Shown here: piece after piece, positions 22,684 to 32,289 of the stretch
Numbering within the stretch: the first letter of the stretch is position 1
Layout of the letters: each line of letters starts with the position of its first letter
Assembly: GCA_964552295.1 (NCBI GenBank)
Contig: CAZKFV010000094.1
Location: 1-55,201 of the forward strand
Direction: 5' to 3'
DNA from: an uncultured Thermotogae bacterium
GTDB taxonomy: Bacteria; Bipolaricaulota; Bipolaricaulia; UBA7950; UBA9294
DNA length: 55,201 bases
Notes under the pieces: model-generated
Database searches by the model: none
Seen by the model: only the letters and a program-made list of their open reading frames with translations
Told to the model about the DNA's origin: nothing
Translations under genes and position numbers: made by a program

Positions 22684-23601
22684 GTGGTTGCAGGTCTGAC
22701 AATCGTCCGGAGAGCGGACGAAAAAGTTAGTGTAGGCAAGAAAGCTACTTCGCTGGATCTGCTCGTACAGCAGGAGACGCTCGATGTATCTCGGCAGCGC
22801 GTGATATCAGGGAAGTATTTTTACCTTGACGCAGCCAGTGACTGGGAAGGCTTCGAATTCCTGTACGTTCTAAGTGGAACGATTCGCAGTGTTGATGACG
22901 ATTTGATCCTCAGCGCCGGCGATTATATGTACCATCACGGTCTTCCTAAGCGGGCTCATTTCCGGGTGGAAGATGATATCGAGTTCCTACTTGTTTCATC
23001 TCCGCCTGCCTTTCATCTTATGAGGGGCGAGATCCAAGAAATCATGCAGCTCGCGCGGTCGGTTGAGGAAAAGGACGAGGAGACGGAAGGCCATTGCTAT
23101 CGCCTCGAACGGCTGGCGGTTGCCACAGGGGAAAGGCTGAAACTTACAGCAACTAGTTTGATTACGCTGTCTTATGCGGCGTATCTCCATGATGTTGGCA
23201 AGGTGAAGATTCCAAACGAGATCCTTAACAAGCCCGGTAAACTAAGCGAAGAGGAATGGGTTGAGATGCGCAGACATCCTGAATACGGCGCTCACATGAT
23301 TGAGGGTAAGGCCTTTTTGGGGGACGCAGCGACAATTATACGTGCTCATCACGAGCGCTACGATGGGAAGGGTTATCCCAAAGGGCTTGCCGCCGATGAT
23401 ATTCCAATTGAGGCGCGTATTATCTCGGTTGTTGATGCTTACGATGCTATGGTATCAGATAGACCTTATAGAAGAGCTCTTTCTAAGAGGGAAGCTATCG
23501 ATGAGTTGGTTAGCAATTCCGGAACCCAGTTTGATCCAAAGGTTGTGGATGCTTTCTTAAAGGTAATCGGAGAAATTGGGGAAGCAGGTGGCGCGGCGTA
23601 A
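22684..23601 (+). CDS. HD-GYP cyclic-dinucleotide phosphodiesterase with N-terminal cupin-like domain
   Basis: GFEFLYVLSG...LILSAGDYMY cupin-like; EEKDEETEGHC, YLHDVGK, HPEYG, HHERYDGKGYP, VDAYDAMVSDRPYR. Confidence 0.9.
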   Translation: MVAGLTIVRRADEKVSVGKKATSLDLLVQQETLDVSRQRVISGKYFYLDAASDWEGFEFLYVLSGTIRSVDDDLILSAGDYMYHHGLPKRAHFRVEDDIEFLLVSSPPAFHLMRGEIQEIMQLARSVEEKDEETEGHCYRLERLAVATGERLKLTATSLITLSYAAYLHDVGKVKIPNEILNKPGKLSEEEWVEMRRHPEYGAHMIEGKAFLGDAATIIRAHHERYDGKGYPKGLAADDIPIEARIISVVDAYDAMVSDRPYRRALSKREAIDELVSNSGTQFDPKVVDAFLKVIGEIGEAGGAA

Positions 23602-23764
23602 GGTGCTTTGGAAAAGAGGCAGGCACTTCATCCTGCTTGTACCGATGGGAACGCTTGTTGGGTTAGTAGCAGGGATAATATTTCACGACGTCATATTTGC
23701 GGTCATTGTTGGCGCTGCTTTCGGCGTTACATTGGCCACTTTGTTTACTATCCAGACGCACTAA
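23576..23764 (+). CDS. Small membrane protein (2 predicted TM helices), overlapping the HD-GYP 3' end
   Basis: Basic N-terminus then FILLVPMGTLVGLVAGIIF / VIFAVIVGAAFGVTLATLF with GxxxG-like pattern; start uncertain. Confidence 0.55.
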   Translation: MGKQVARRKVLWKRGRHFILLVPMGTLVGLVAGIIFHDVIFAVIVGAAFGVTLATLFTIQTH

Positions 23765-23812
23765 AATCTTTCTACTAATCCTCTTTAGCAGTCTTAAGGC
23801 ATTAGTCTACAG

Positions 23813-25126
23813 CTAGATCCATAAGTCGGTCAGAAGCGTTTCCAGATTAGGTAGTCCGATCTCCTGAAGGTCGTAGCGCACACGAGTTACTGGAACTTTG
23901 AAGGATACTAACCTTGTTATATCGATTGGGGTTCCAACAACCACGCCTTCGCAATCGACTTGGTCAATAGTCTGTTGAAGATCGTTTATTTGCTGGTCGC
24001 CGTATCCCATCGCCGGAAGGAGGCAGCCGATTTTGGGATATTTGTTGTAGGTGTCTGTTATCGAGGCAACAGTGTAGGGGCGAGGATCGATTATCTCGCT
24101 TGCATTGAACCTCTTTGCGGCTATTGTCCCTGCTCCGTACTTCATTTCACCGTGTGTCAGTGTTGGACCATCCTCTATAACTAGCACACGCTTGCCTCGT
24201 ATAACCGAAGGGTTATCGACTTGGATGGGCGACGCGGCCTCTATAATTTGCGCTTTTGGGTTGGCGTCAATGGCATTCCTTCTTACAAATTGGATGTCAT
24301 CAAAAGATGCTGTGTCAACCTTGTTGATAACAATTATATCAGCGGTTCGTAGGTTGACTCCACTTGGATAATACAAAAGCTCGTGGCCAGCACGGTGAGG
24401 GTCGACAACGGTGATTGATAGATCTGGTTTGTAAAAAGAAAAGTCGTTGTTTCCGCCATCCCAAATAATTATGTCGGCCTCTTCTTCCGCTTTTCGTAGG
24501 ATTTTTTCGTAATCAACACCAGCGTATACGATAGTTCCGTTGTCAATGTGCGGCTCGTATTCCTCTCGTTCTTCTATGGTGCAATCATACCTATCAAGAT
24601 CATCATAAGTCTCGTAGCGCTGCCATTCTTGCTCGACAAGGTTTCCGTAAGGCATTGGATGGCGGATGACGGCAAGCTTTTTTCCGCGTTTCTTTAGGAT
24701 TTCACATACCCTTCTTGTTGTTTGGCTTTTTCCAGAACCAGTGCGCACAGCAGTGATAGAAATAAGGGGCTTCTTCGATTCAACCATGGTTGACTTGGTT
24801 CCCATCAATAAGAAATCAGCGCCGGCCGCGTTGATGAGGGCAGAACGCTCCATGACGTACTGATTTGTTACATCGCTGTAGGCAAACACCACTATATCGA
24901 TATTCCTTTCTGAAATCAGCCTCTCAAGGTCTGCCTCTGCTTCAATTGGAATACCGTTTGGATAAAGCGTGCCAGCGAGTTCGGCAGGGTAAGTTCTTCC
25001 TTCTATATCTGGGATTTGGGCTGCGGTAAAAGCAACAACATTGTATTCTTCGTTGTTGCGGAAATGGACGTTGAAGTTATGGAAGTCACGACCTGCTGCC
25101 CCCATGATGATAACTTGCTTCTTCAT
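23813..25126 (-). CDS. COG2403 GTPase-like / cyclic-2,3-DPG-synthetase-like enzyme; candidate arginine synthetase (ArcE)
   Basis: MKKQVIIMGAAGRDFHNFN, AVRTGSGKSQT, IEEREEYE, WDGGNND, EDGPTLTHG, PAMGY; SD AAGGAG before ATG at 25126. Confidence 0.75.
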   Translation of the reverse strand: MKKQVIIMGAAGRDFHNFNVHFRNNEEYNVVAFTAAQIPDIEGRTYPAELAGTLYPNGIPIEAEADLERLISERNIDIVVFAYSDVTNQYVMERSALINAAGADFLLMGTKSTMVESKKPLISITAVRTGSGKSQTTRRVCEILKKRGKKLAVIRHPMPYGNLVEQEWQRYETYDDLDRYDCTIEEREEYEPHIDNGTIVYAGVDYEKILRKAEEEADIIIWDGGNNDFSFYKPDLSITVVDPHRAGHELLYYPSGVNLRTADIIVINKVDTASFDDIQFVRRNAIDANPKAQIIEAASPIQVDNPSVIRGKRVLVIEDGPTLTHGEMKYGAGTIAAKRFNASEIIDPRPYTVASITDTYNKYPKIGCLLPAMGYGDQQINDLQQTIDQVDCEGVVVGTPIDITRLVSFKVPVTRVRYDLQEIGLPNLETLLTDLWI

Positions 25127-25230
25127 CTTGTCACTCCTTTGCGCGTCTGGTGAAGCATTATACCGACTGGTAGGAATCAACTGCAAGCAGCTTGTGCTTC
25201 GACTATGTTAGATATTAAGATTAGCCTGAC

Positions 25231-25740
25231 ATGTCACTGGCCAACAAAATAACCATAGGGCGGGCAACCTTTATTGTGCCAATAATACTTACCCTCCTGG
25301 TTGGGCTAAGGGAAATAGCCCTTGGGCTTTTCCTGATTGCTAGCGCTGGTGATGTTATGGATGGAGCGATTGCTCGAAGCAGAAATGAAGTGAGCAAACT
25401 GGGTAAGATTCTCGATCCTGCCGTTGACAAGATTCTTTACGCTTCACTTGTTGTTTCCTTATATGTCATGGGGGCAATTCCCTTAGTTTGGCTTATTCTT
25501 TTTTTCGTTCCACAGTTAGGATTAGCGCTAGGGGCTCTTTTTCTTCACTTTTCAGCCGGGAAAGCGCAAGGGGCCCGCATACTGGGAAAGCTTGCCTCTG
25601 TCCTCACGTTTGTTGCTATGAGCCTGTTGATCATCGATGTTGGCCCTGGAGTGATTCTTTTTGCTGTAGCTGTGGGGGTAACTTACGCTGCTGGAGTCGA
25701 TTACTTAGTTGGCGCGATGCGTATTTTGAATCAGCATTGA
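25231..25740 (+). CDS. pgsA: CDP-alcohol phosphatidyltransferase (PgsA-like)
   Basis: ANKITIGR; DVMDGAIARSRNEVSKLGKILDPAVDK CDP-OH motif. Confidence 0.85.
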   Translation: MSLANKITIGRATFIVPIILTLLVGLREIALGLFLIASAGDVMDGAIARSRNEVSKLGKILDPAVDKILYASLVVSLYVMGAIPLVWLILFFVPQLGLALGALFLHFSAGKAQGARILGKLASVLTFVAMSLLIIDVGPGVILFAVAVGVTYAAGVDYLVGAMRILNQH

Positions 25741-26648
25741 AACTTGTCAGCTATTTCAGGCAGCGACACTTCCGCTGAGACAAAGAATTCAGGTGGGAGC
25801 GGGGCTGTGAAAGATGAGCTTTCGTTGCCTTTCGGATGCATAAACTTGAGTCGCCAAGCGTGCAGCATCAGACGGGCCCCTAAGTGCCCGTAAAGAGCAT
25901 CGCCGATTATCGGGTGACCTATGTAGCGCATATGCACTCGTATTTGGTGGGTACGCCCCGTAAGCAGATGCACCATCAGTAAAGTAGAATCTGTGGTTCT
26001 TGCTATAACGCGAAACTCTGTCTGTGCCCTACGACCACGGGGGGTTATGGTCATGCGGCGGGGTCTGAGAGCATCTCTACCTATCGGAGCGTCAATAAAC
26101 CCTTCTTCTTCTTTTATTATTCCTTCCACGTTAACTAGATACAGCTTGCATACCCCGCGCTTCGCAAATTGTGCTTTTAGGGCAGCCATTGCCTCATGCG
26201 TCTTGGCGATTACCATGACCCCACTCGTGTCCTTGTCCAGGCGATGGACAATGCCCGGCCGAGCCGGATCCTCTTCAACTGGCAGGTCTCGATCAACGAG
26301 GAGTCCTTCAACAAGTGTAGTCCCGGTATTTCCGGCTCCAGGATGAACCACCACTCCGGCATGCTTATCAACTACTACAATGAACTCGTCTTCATAAATG
26401 ATACTTAGAGGGATTTCCCTTGGAGTTAGAATTTGCTTACTTGGAATTCTACAGACAATTATCTGCTGCTGCTGAAGCTGATAAGATGGTTTGGTTAACG
26501 TCTTTCCGTTTGACAGGGTAATTCTCCCATCGCGGATTAGTTGCTGGATCGTGTTTCTTGATATGTTTTCCATTCTGCTTGCCAAGTATCGGTCAAGCCT
26601 CATGCCTTCTTCCTCTCTGGTTACTACAAATTCGATCTTGCTCATCAC
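25731..26648 (-). CDS. RluA/RluD family pseudouridine synthase with S4 domain
   Basis: RLDRYLA S4 domain; VVDKHAGVVVHPG, GIVHRLDKDTSG, LTGRTHQIRVH, LHAWRLKF. Confidence 0.93.
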   Translation of the reverse strand: MMSKIEFVVTREEEGMRLDRYLASRMENISRNTIQQLIRDGRITLSNGKTLTKPSYQLQQQQIIVCRIPSKQILTPREIPLSIIYEDEFIVVVDKHAGVVVHPGAGNTGTTLVEGLLVDRDLPVEEDPARPGIVHRLDKDTSGVMVIAKTHEAMAALKAQFAKRGVCKLYLVNVEGIIKEEEGFIDAPIGRDALRPRRMTITPRGRRAQTEFRVIARTTDSTLLMVHLLTGRTHQIRVHMRYIGHPIIGDALYGHLGARLMLHAWRLKFMHPKGNESSSFTAPLPPEFFVSAEVSLPEIADKFQC

Positions 26649-26796
26649 ACCCCGATTTGGTTGTGCCTCTTAGTGTGTCGTATAATACGAGGATCATGTG
26701 AAGAATGGAAGCGCACTGGGATGTAGTTGTAGTAATTACCCCGTGAGTGCTGTTCTTCTTTACAAGGAGAGTGAAGCGAGAGTTTTTCGCAATGAG

Positions 26797-27738
26797 ATGA
26801 ATATTGCTTTTATAGAAGCCTTGGAAGAGATGGCAAAAGAGAAAGGGGTTCCTCGCGAGAACCTTTATGATGCTATCAGACAGGGCTTGGCAGCTGCCTA
26901 CCGTGAAGAGTATCACACTGATGCTGATGCTGAAGTGGAGGTAGAGATCGATCAGCACTCAGGGGATATTTTCATTAATGGCGAAAGAATAGAATTAGCG
27001 AAATTCGGTCGCATCGCTACCAAGAAAGCTGAAGAAGCCATTCGTCAAGCGATAACGCGGAAGAGAAGGGACATCGTATATGATTTGTATGTAAACCGTG
27101 TTGGTGAGATCATCAGTGGCTCTATACATCGTTTTGAGGGAAAGGATGTGTGGGTAAACCTGGGTGAAGCGGAAGCTATTATGCCTAATTCGGAGAGGAT
27201 CCCGGGGGAACGTTATCATGCTGGCGATCGCTTGCGAGCATATCTGGTAAGCGTTGAGAAAACACAGGCTGACCCCAGAATACTACTTTCTCGGGCGCAT
27301 CGGGAGTTCGTTCATCAGCTTTTGCGATTGGAAGTACCCGAGATTGACGAGGGAACACTTGTCGTTCGCAAGATCGCTCGTGAAGCAGGAAGGCGAAGTA
27401 AAGTAGCGGTTGAGTCGCTCGACTTGAATGTGGATGCTGTTGGAACCTGTGTAGGGGCGGGTGGCGCACGAGTGCGAGTGATAACCCGCGAGCTATCAGG
27501 CGAGAAGATCGATCTTGTACGCTGGAGTGATTCGGTGGAGCAGCTCCTGAAAAATAGCCTTGAACCGGCATCGGTTATCTCGGTTGACATCGATGAGAAG
27601 AACCGTCATGCCAAGGTTATTGTTCCTGATGATGAGTTATCCCTAGCGATCGGTAAGGGGGGACAGAACGTTCGCCTAACGGCGAAACTTATCGGGTATG
27701 ACATTGCGGTGACGAGCCCTAGCGAGGAGGACAGCTAG
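26797..27738 (+). CDS. nusA: Transcription termination/antitermination factor NusA
   Basis: FGRIATKKA, S1 domain (GEAEAIMP..E.IPGE), IAREAGRRSKVAV, GTCVGAGGARV, EKIDLVRWS, LAIGKGGQNVRLTAKLIG; start moved to MNIAF. Confidence 0.95.
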   Translation: MNIAFIEALEEMAKEKGVPRENLYDAIRQGLAAAYREEYHTDADAEVEVEIDQHSGDIFINGERIELAKFGRIATKKAEEAIRQAITRKRRDIVYDLYVNRVGEIISGSIHRFEGKDVWVNLGEAEAIMPNSERIPGERYHAGDRLRAYLVSVEKTQADPRILLSRAHREFVHQLLRLEVPEIDEGTLVVRKIAREAGRRSKVAVESLDLNVDAVGTCVGAGGARVRVITRELSGEKIDLVRWSDSVEQLLKNSLEPASVISVDIDEKNRHAKVIVPDDELSLAIGKGGQNVRLTAKLIGYDIAVTSPSEEDS

Positions 27739-27748
27739 GCGGTCGTGT

Positions 27749-30568
27749 ATGGCAAGGATGATATCGGGCAAGAAACGAATTTTTTACCGTATTTTTCGGA
27801 TAAGTCGTCGGTATGCATGGTTAGTACTTATAATATCTATAATCATCTCAGGGGCCGGCGTATATTACGTGCGGGACCTGCCAATAAGGGGATCGTTTCT
27901 TGACCTTCTTCCCCAGAATGATCCACTCATCGATGATTACCGCAAGACGGAAGAGTCGCTGTTGCAGAGCGATTATCTGGCTCTTCTTGTATCGCTTGAT
28001 TCACCAGGAGAGCTTGCCTCGCAGGACGCTACCGATAGGCTTCTTGATGTTGCCAGAAAGATACAGCAGCAGCTTAGCAAAGACCCGGAGTTCATAGAAG
28101 TTAGCTACGAACAAGAGATAGCTCCCGAGATCCCCGACCAGTACCTTGTCCTTTACCGTCTAGACAAGAGTGAACTTGCAAATATAGAGGCGAGTGTAGC
28201 GTCTGCACAGGAGGCAATTTCAGGACCAGGGCGTACCACTCCGCGGTTGACAACAGACCTTTCAACGGCTTATCGGCTAATCAACGAAACGTTCACGCAG
28301 GCTATGTACGGCGGAGACGTTGTAGTGTCAGATGCCGATGTTATGGTAGAAGTGGAGGTTCAATTAGATAGTATCGCATCCCTAAACGAAGGCGTCATAG
28401 CAACCATCGACAACTTGGATAGCTTCTCGGTCGTAACGGCTAGTATTCGCGACATAGAGAAGGTGTTTGCTCCTTCAGACAAGCAGTCCGTGCGTACACC
28501 TGAGCCCTACTTCTCAAGCGATCGTAGTAAGCTTCTAATCAACGTGCGCCCGCGCTTGCCTTCTGAGACCGGTGTTACTTACAGCGGGGAAGTGATGAAA
28601 AGGCTTTACGAGGGCCTAGCAAATGTTGATCTCCAGAAGTACGGGGTGAGCATTGGTGTTACTGGGACGTACGCGTTTAACACCGAGACCAATTCTGTAA
28701 TCAACGCGGACATGCTTAGAAGCACTATCATCTCCTCGATTGGGGTAATAGTGATCATATTTCTGGCCTTTGGATCCCTGTTTTATAGCATGATAGCTCT
28801 TATACCACTCTTGATGAGTGTTGTTCTCACTATGGCTTGGGCTAAGTTGGTGGTTGATGGGTTCAATCTCGTTACTACGTTCCTCCCAGCGCTCGTTCTG
28901 GGGCTAGGTATTGACTACAGTATCCACTTCATTTCTAGATACGCAGAGGAGCGAACTAAGGGGACTTCGTTCAACAGGGCACTACATGTGACCGTGGAGA
29001 AAAAGGGTGAAGCTGCCTTTGTCGCGGCTACGACGACAGGTATTGTGTTCCTAGGCCTACTGCTCTCGCGTTCCCGAGCTCTATTCGAGATGGGGGCGAT
29101 TACGGGAGTAGGGATCCTGCTTTCATTCGTCACCACGCTTCTCATTCTACCATCACTGATTACTCTTTTTCATTTCTTGTTTCGCTTTCACCATCGCGAG
29201 GGGGTTCTTAACTACACAGTGCATCTGACTCGCTTTTTTCAGTTTATCACTGGTCGAGCAAGAGCCATATTCGTTATAGTGCTTATTTTGACCTTCTTTG
29301 TGGCTTTTCAAGCAGCTCAGACGCATTTTGTCTTTTCCAGTAGAGATATGATTCCTGATGTGGAAAGCCAGAAGGTTCTAAGCGAGGTATTGGAAGCATT
29401 CGGCGAGGAGAGCACCGGCATTGGAAATTACTACACTTTCTTTGCAACAGACGAAGATGAAATGACGAATATAGTCAGCCATTTGCGGGATAGTGATTTG
29501 GTAAGCAGCGTTGACTCTGCCCTGAGCCTGTTACCCGTTAATCTTGCTCAGCAAAGAGATGTGCTTGACCAGCTGGATATAGGTCTGTACATAGATCAAC
29601 TTGACATAATTGATATCAGCCTTGACACGCGGGCGTCGGCACAGACCCAGATCAGGGCTCTTTTTGCTCAATTTGGGCTGTTGCAGTATCTTGCTGGAAT
29701 GAACGGCCAGAAGCAGATTTGTTTGGCTGCTGACCTAGTCCAATCCCAGCTAAGGGGGGTTCGGGAAAGGCTCAATGAGATAGATGTTGATGCAGTAAGG
29801 CAAGAAATAGCCATCCTGAAGGAGGAGCTTACCAGGCTTGACAAGAATCTTGCTGAGGTCAAAGAGCTGCCTCCTGCAGAGACGTTGTTGCGTGATATAC
29901 TAATGGCGCTTCCTGAGGGGATTCGTGCCAACTACCTTGCTCCAGACAGTAGCTATATAATACGAGCTAGGATGTTTGGCTCGATCTACCAGGGGGAGAA
30001 CCTCAAGCAGTTCAATTCCTACGCGAGCACGTTTGCTGATAGGTTCTTCGGTATGCCTCTTGTGGCTGGAAAACTGGAGGACTATATGCGTCGCGATTTT
30101 CTTGTATCTACTGCTTTTGCCTTGGGGATGATCATAATTGTACTGTGGCGTAGCATGGGCGGATGGATCAGGGCTCTGATTACCGCCTTCCCTTTGGTTT
30201 TGGGGTACGCATGGATGCTTGGGGGAATGCGCTTGTTAATGATAGACTTCAATTTTGTAAACATCACAATATCCCCTCTTTTGATCGGGGTAGGAGTGGA
30301 CAGCGGGATCCATATTATGCACCGTTACTTGGAAGAGAGGGATACATCCCGTGAGGGGGCGGTAGAAAGAGCGGGGCGGACATCAACGGTGGCAGTGCTG
30401 GTTACTTCATTGACTACCATGTTTGTGTTTGCTAGTTTATTGATCGCGCGAACACCGGGACTTCGTCTACTAGGGGTATCGGCCCTTCTGGGAATTGGTT
30501 TCACCCTGTTATTCAGCGTTGTCTTTCTTACAGCTGTCCTGCAAATCCAAGGAGAAAAGCGGTTATAA
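27749..30568 (+). CDS. MMPL/RND family transporter (HpnN-like architecture) with helical insertions
   Basis: Two TM bundles with LVLGLGIDYSIHFISRYAEER and LLIGVGVDSGIHIMHRYLEER signatures. Confidence 0.85.
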   Translation: MARMISGKKRIFYRIFRISRRYAWLVLIISIIISGAGVYYVRDLPIRGSFLDLLPQNDPLIDDYRKTEESLLQSDYLALLVSLDSPGELASQDATDRLLDVARKIQQQLSKDPEFIEVSYEQEIAPEIPDQYLVLYRLDKSELANIEASVASAQEAISGPGRTTPRLTTDLSTAYRLINETFTQAMYGGDVVVSDADVMVEVEVQLDSIASLNEGVIATIDNLDSFSVVTASIRDIEKVFAPSDKQSVRTPEPYFSSDRSKLLINVRPRLPSETGVTYSGEVMKRLYEGLANVDLQKYGVSIGVTGTYAFNTETNSVINADMLRSTIISSIGVIVIIFLAFGSLFYSMIALIPLLMSVVLTMAWAKLVVDGFNLVTTFLPALVLGLGIDYSIHFISRYAEERTKGTSFNRALHVTVEKKGEAAFVAATTTGIVFLGLLLSRSRALFEMGAITGVGILLSFVTTLLILPSLITLFHFLFRFHHREGVLNYTVHLTRFFQFITGRARAIFVIVLILTFFVAFQAAQTHFVFSSRDMIPDVESQKVLSEVLEAFGEESTGIGNYYTFFATDEDEMTNIVSHLRDSDLVSSVDSALSLLPVNLAQQRDVLDQLDIGLYIDQLDIIDISLDTRASAQTQIRALFAQFGLLQYLAGMNGQKQICLAADLVQSQLRGVRERLNEIDVDAVRQEIAILKEELTRLDKNLAEVKELPPAETLLRDILMALPEGIRANYLAPDSSYIIRARMFGSIYQGENLKQFNSYASTFADRFFGMPLVAGKLEDYMRRDFLVSTAFALGMIIIVLWRSMGGWIRALITAFPLVLGYAWMLGGMRLLMIDFNFVNITISPLLIGVGVDSGIHIMHRYLEERDTSREGAVERAGRTSTVAVLVTSLTTMFVFASLLIARTPGLRLLGVSALLGIGFTLLFSVVFLTAVLQIQGEKRL

Positions 30569-30613
30569 TGTGTATTATTTTGAGGGCAACAAGGGAATAA
30601 AGGACGGATAATC

Positions 30614-32128
30614 ATGGGGCTAATGCTATACATAGGGATCGGGCTGTGCCTTGTTGCTGGCGTTGGGGCTGGTTATCTAATCGGGAGTGTCCCCCGTAGG
30701 CACAAAGAGGAAGAGTATCTAAAACAGGCGCAGGAAGAGATGGAGCGGCTGAAGGTATCTACGCTGCTTGAGGGACAACGTGAGGTTCAGAAGTTACGTG
30801 ACGAGCTGGATGAACGGAACAAGCGTCGAGAAGAAGAGTTCGCGCGTATGGAGGAGCGTATCCTTCACCGTGAGGATAGGCTTGGAAAGAAGTCAAACTA
30901 CCTCGAACAGATAGAGGATTCCTTGCGCGAAGATGAGGAAGAAGTTGAACGGCTGAAGAAGGAAGGCGCTCAACTTCTGGAAGAGGCGAGAACTCAATTG
31001 GAACGTGTTTCTAACTGGAGCCGGGAGGAAGCTCGAGAGCATCTATTGCGGGTAGTGGAAAGCGAATCGCAGCGGTTCTTCTCGCACAAAGTTGAGGAGT
31101 CGGAGCGCAAAGCGAGGGAGGAAGCACAGCAGCGCGCAGCTAAGATCATTGCTACGGCTGTCGAGCGTTACGCTGCCGAGTACGTGGAAGAAAACACCAC
31201 CAGCTCAGTTCCAATACCTTCCGAGGAGTTCAAGGGCAGGATCATCGGGCGTGAAGGAAGGAACATCAAGACCTTTGAGGCTCTTACCGGGGTTGAACTT
31301 CTTGTTGATGATACCCCAGAGATGGTTGTGCTCTCCTGTTTTCATCCCCTAAGGCGTGAGGTGGCGCGTATGGCCCTTACAAGGCTGATTGAGGACGGGC
31401 GCATACACCCTGCGCAAATTGAGGAAAAAGTGCAGCGGGCAAAGGCTCGACTTGCAGAGAAGATAAAAGAGGAAGGGAAAAAGGCCTCTTTCGATTTAGG
31501 TATCGATCTCCACCCCGAGCTTGCCACGCTTCTTGGCCGCCTCAAATACCGTACAAGCTATGGGCAGAACCAACTTGTTCACTCTCTAGAGGTGAGCTCT
31601 ATAGCTAAGATGATTGCTGAGGAACTAGGAATAGACGCGCAAAAGGCAAAGCGTGCTGGATTGTTGCATGACATAGGTAAAGCAGTTGATCATGAGGTTG
31701 ATGGGCCGCACGCGCTGATAGGTGCTGATTTCGCTCGTCGATACGGGGAAGAAGAAGATGTCGTACATGCCATCGCAGCGCATCATGAAGATATCGAACC
31801 CAGCGGTGTGCTGGATGTCCTTATACAGGCTGCGGATACTCTATCCGCTGCTCGCCCAGGAGCTAGACAAGAGACCTTTGAGCGGTACATACAGCGGCTG
31901 CATGATTTAGAGGAGTTATGCCGATCCTTTCCTGGAGTACAGGAGGCGTACGCCTTGCAAGCTGGGCGGGAGGTACGCGTTATGGTACAGCCAGAAAGGG
32001 CTAGCGATGAAGTCTCCGCAAAGCTGGCTTATGATATCGCTCGTGCCATAGAAGGGGAGCTAAGCTATCCAGGTGAAATAAGAGTAAATGTGATCCGGCA
32101 GACGCAATTCACCGAAAGCGCGAAGTAA
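30614..32128 (+). CDS. rny: Ribonuclease Y
   Basis: N-terminal TM, coiled coil, KH (KGRIIGREGRNIKTFE), HD (LLHDIGKA), YALQAGREVRV. Confidence 0.96.
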   Translation: MGLMLYIGIGLCLVAGVGAGYLIGSVPRRHKEEEYLKQAQEEMERLKVSTLLEGQREVQKLRDELDERNKRREEEFARMEERILHREDRLGKKSNYLEQIEDSLREDEEEVERLKKEGAQLLEEARTQLERVSNWSREEAREHLLRVVESESQRFFSHKVEESERKAREEAQQRAAKIIATAVERYAAEYVEENTTSSVPIPSEEFKGRIIGREGRNIKTFEALTGVELLVDDTPEMVVLSCFHPLRREVARMALTRLIEDGRIHPAQIEEKVQRAKARLAEKIKEEGKKASFDLGIDLHPELATLLGRLKYRTSYGQNQLVHSLEVSSIAKMIAEELGIDAQKAKRAGLLHDIGKAVDHEVDGPHALIGADFARRYGEEEDVVHAIAAHHEDIEPSGVLDVLIQAADTLSAARPGARQETFERYIQRLHDLEELCRSFPGVQEAYALQAGREVRVMVQPERASDEVSAKLAYDIARAIEGELSYPGEIRVNVIRQTQFTESAK

Positions 32129-32289
32129 TGGTGATGAGAACGAGAGGGCAGCTGGCGGATTCGCATTGCAGAGCCAAAATAGACCAACTGCGGGACTTAA
32201 GTACTTTTTCTCTTCCTTGTTCGAGGAAGGAGATGTTTGTACCATTCTCTAGAACATGAGTTCTTGCTTAAAGGAGTGAGTGACTAAAG

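Noticed and set aside
27749-30568. Hopanoid pathway from HpnN-like MMPL plus HpnA-like epimerase (47909)
   Set aside because: The genes are 17 kb apart, both families are broad, and no squalene-hopene cyclase is in the window
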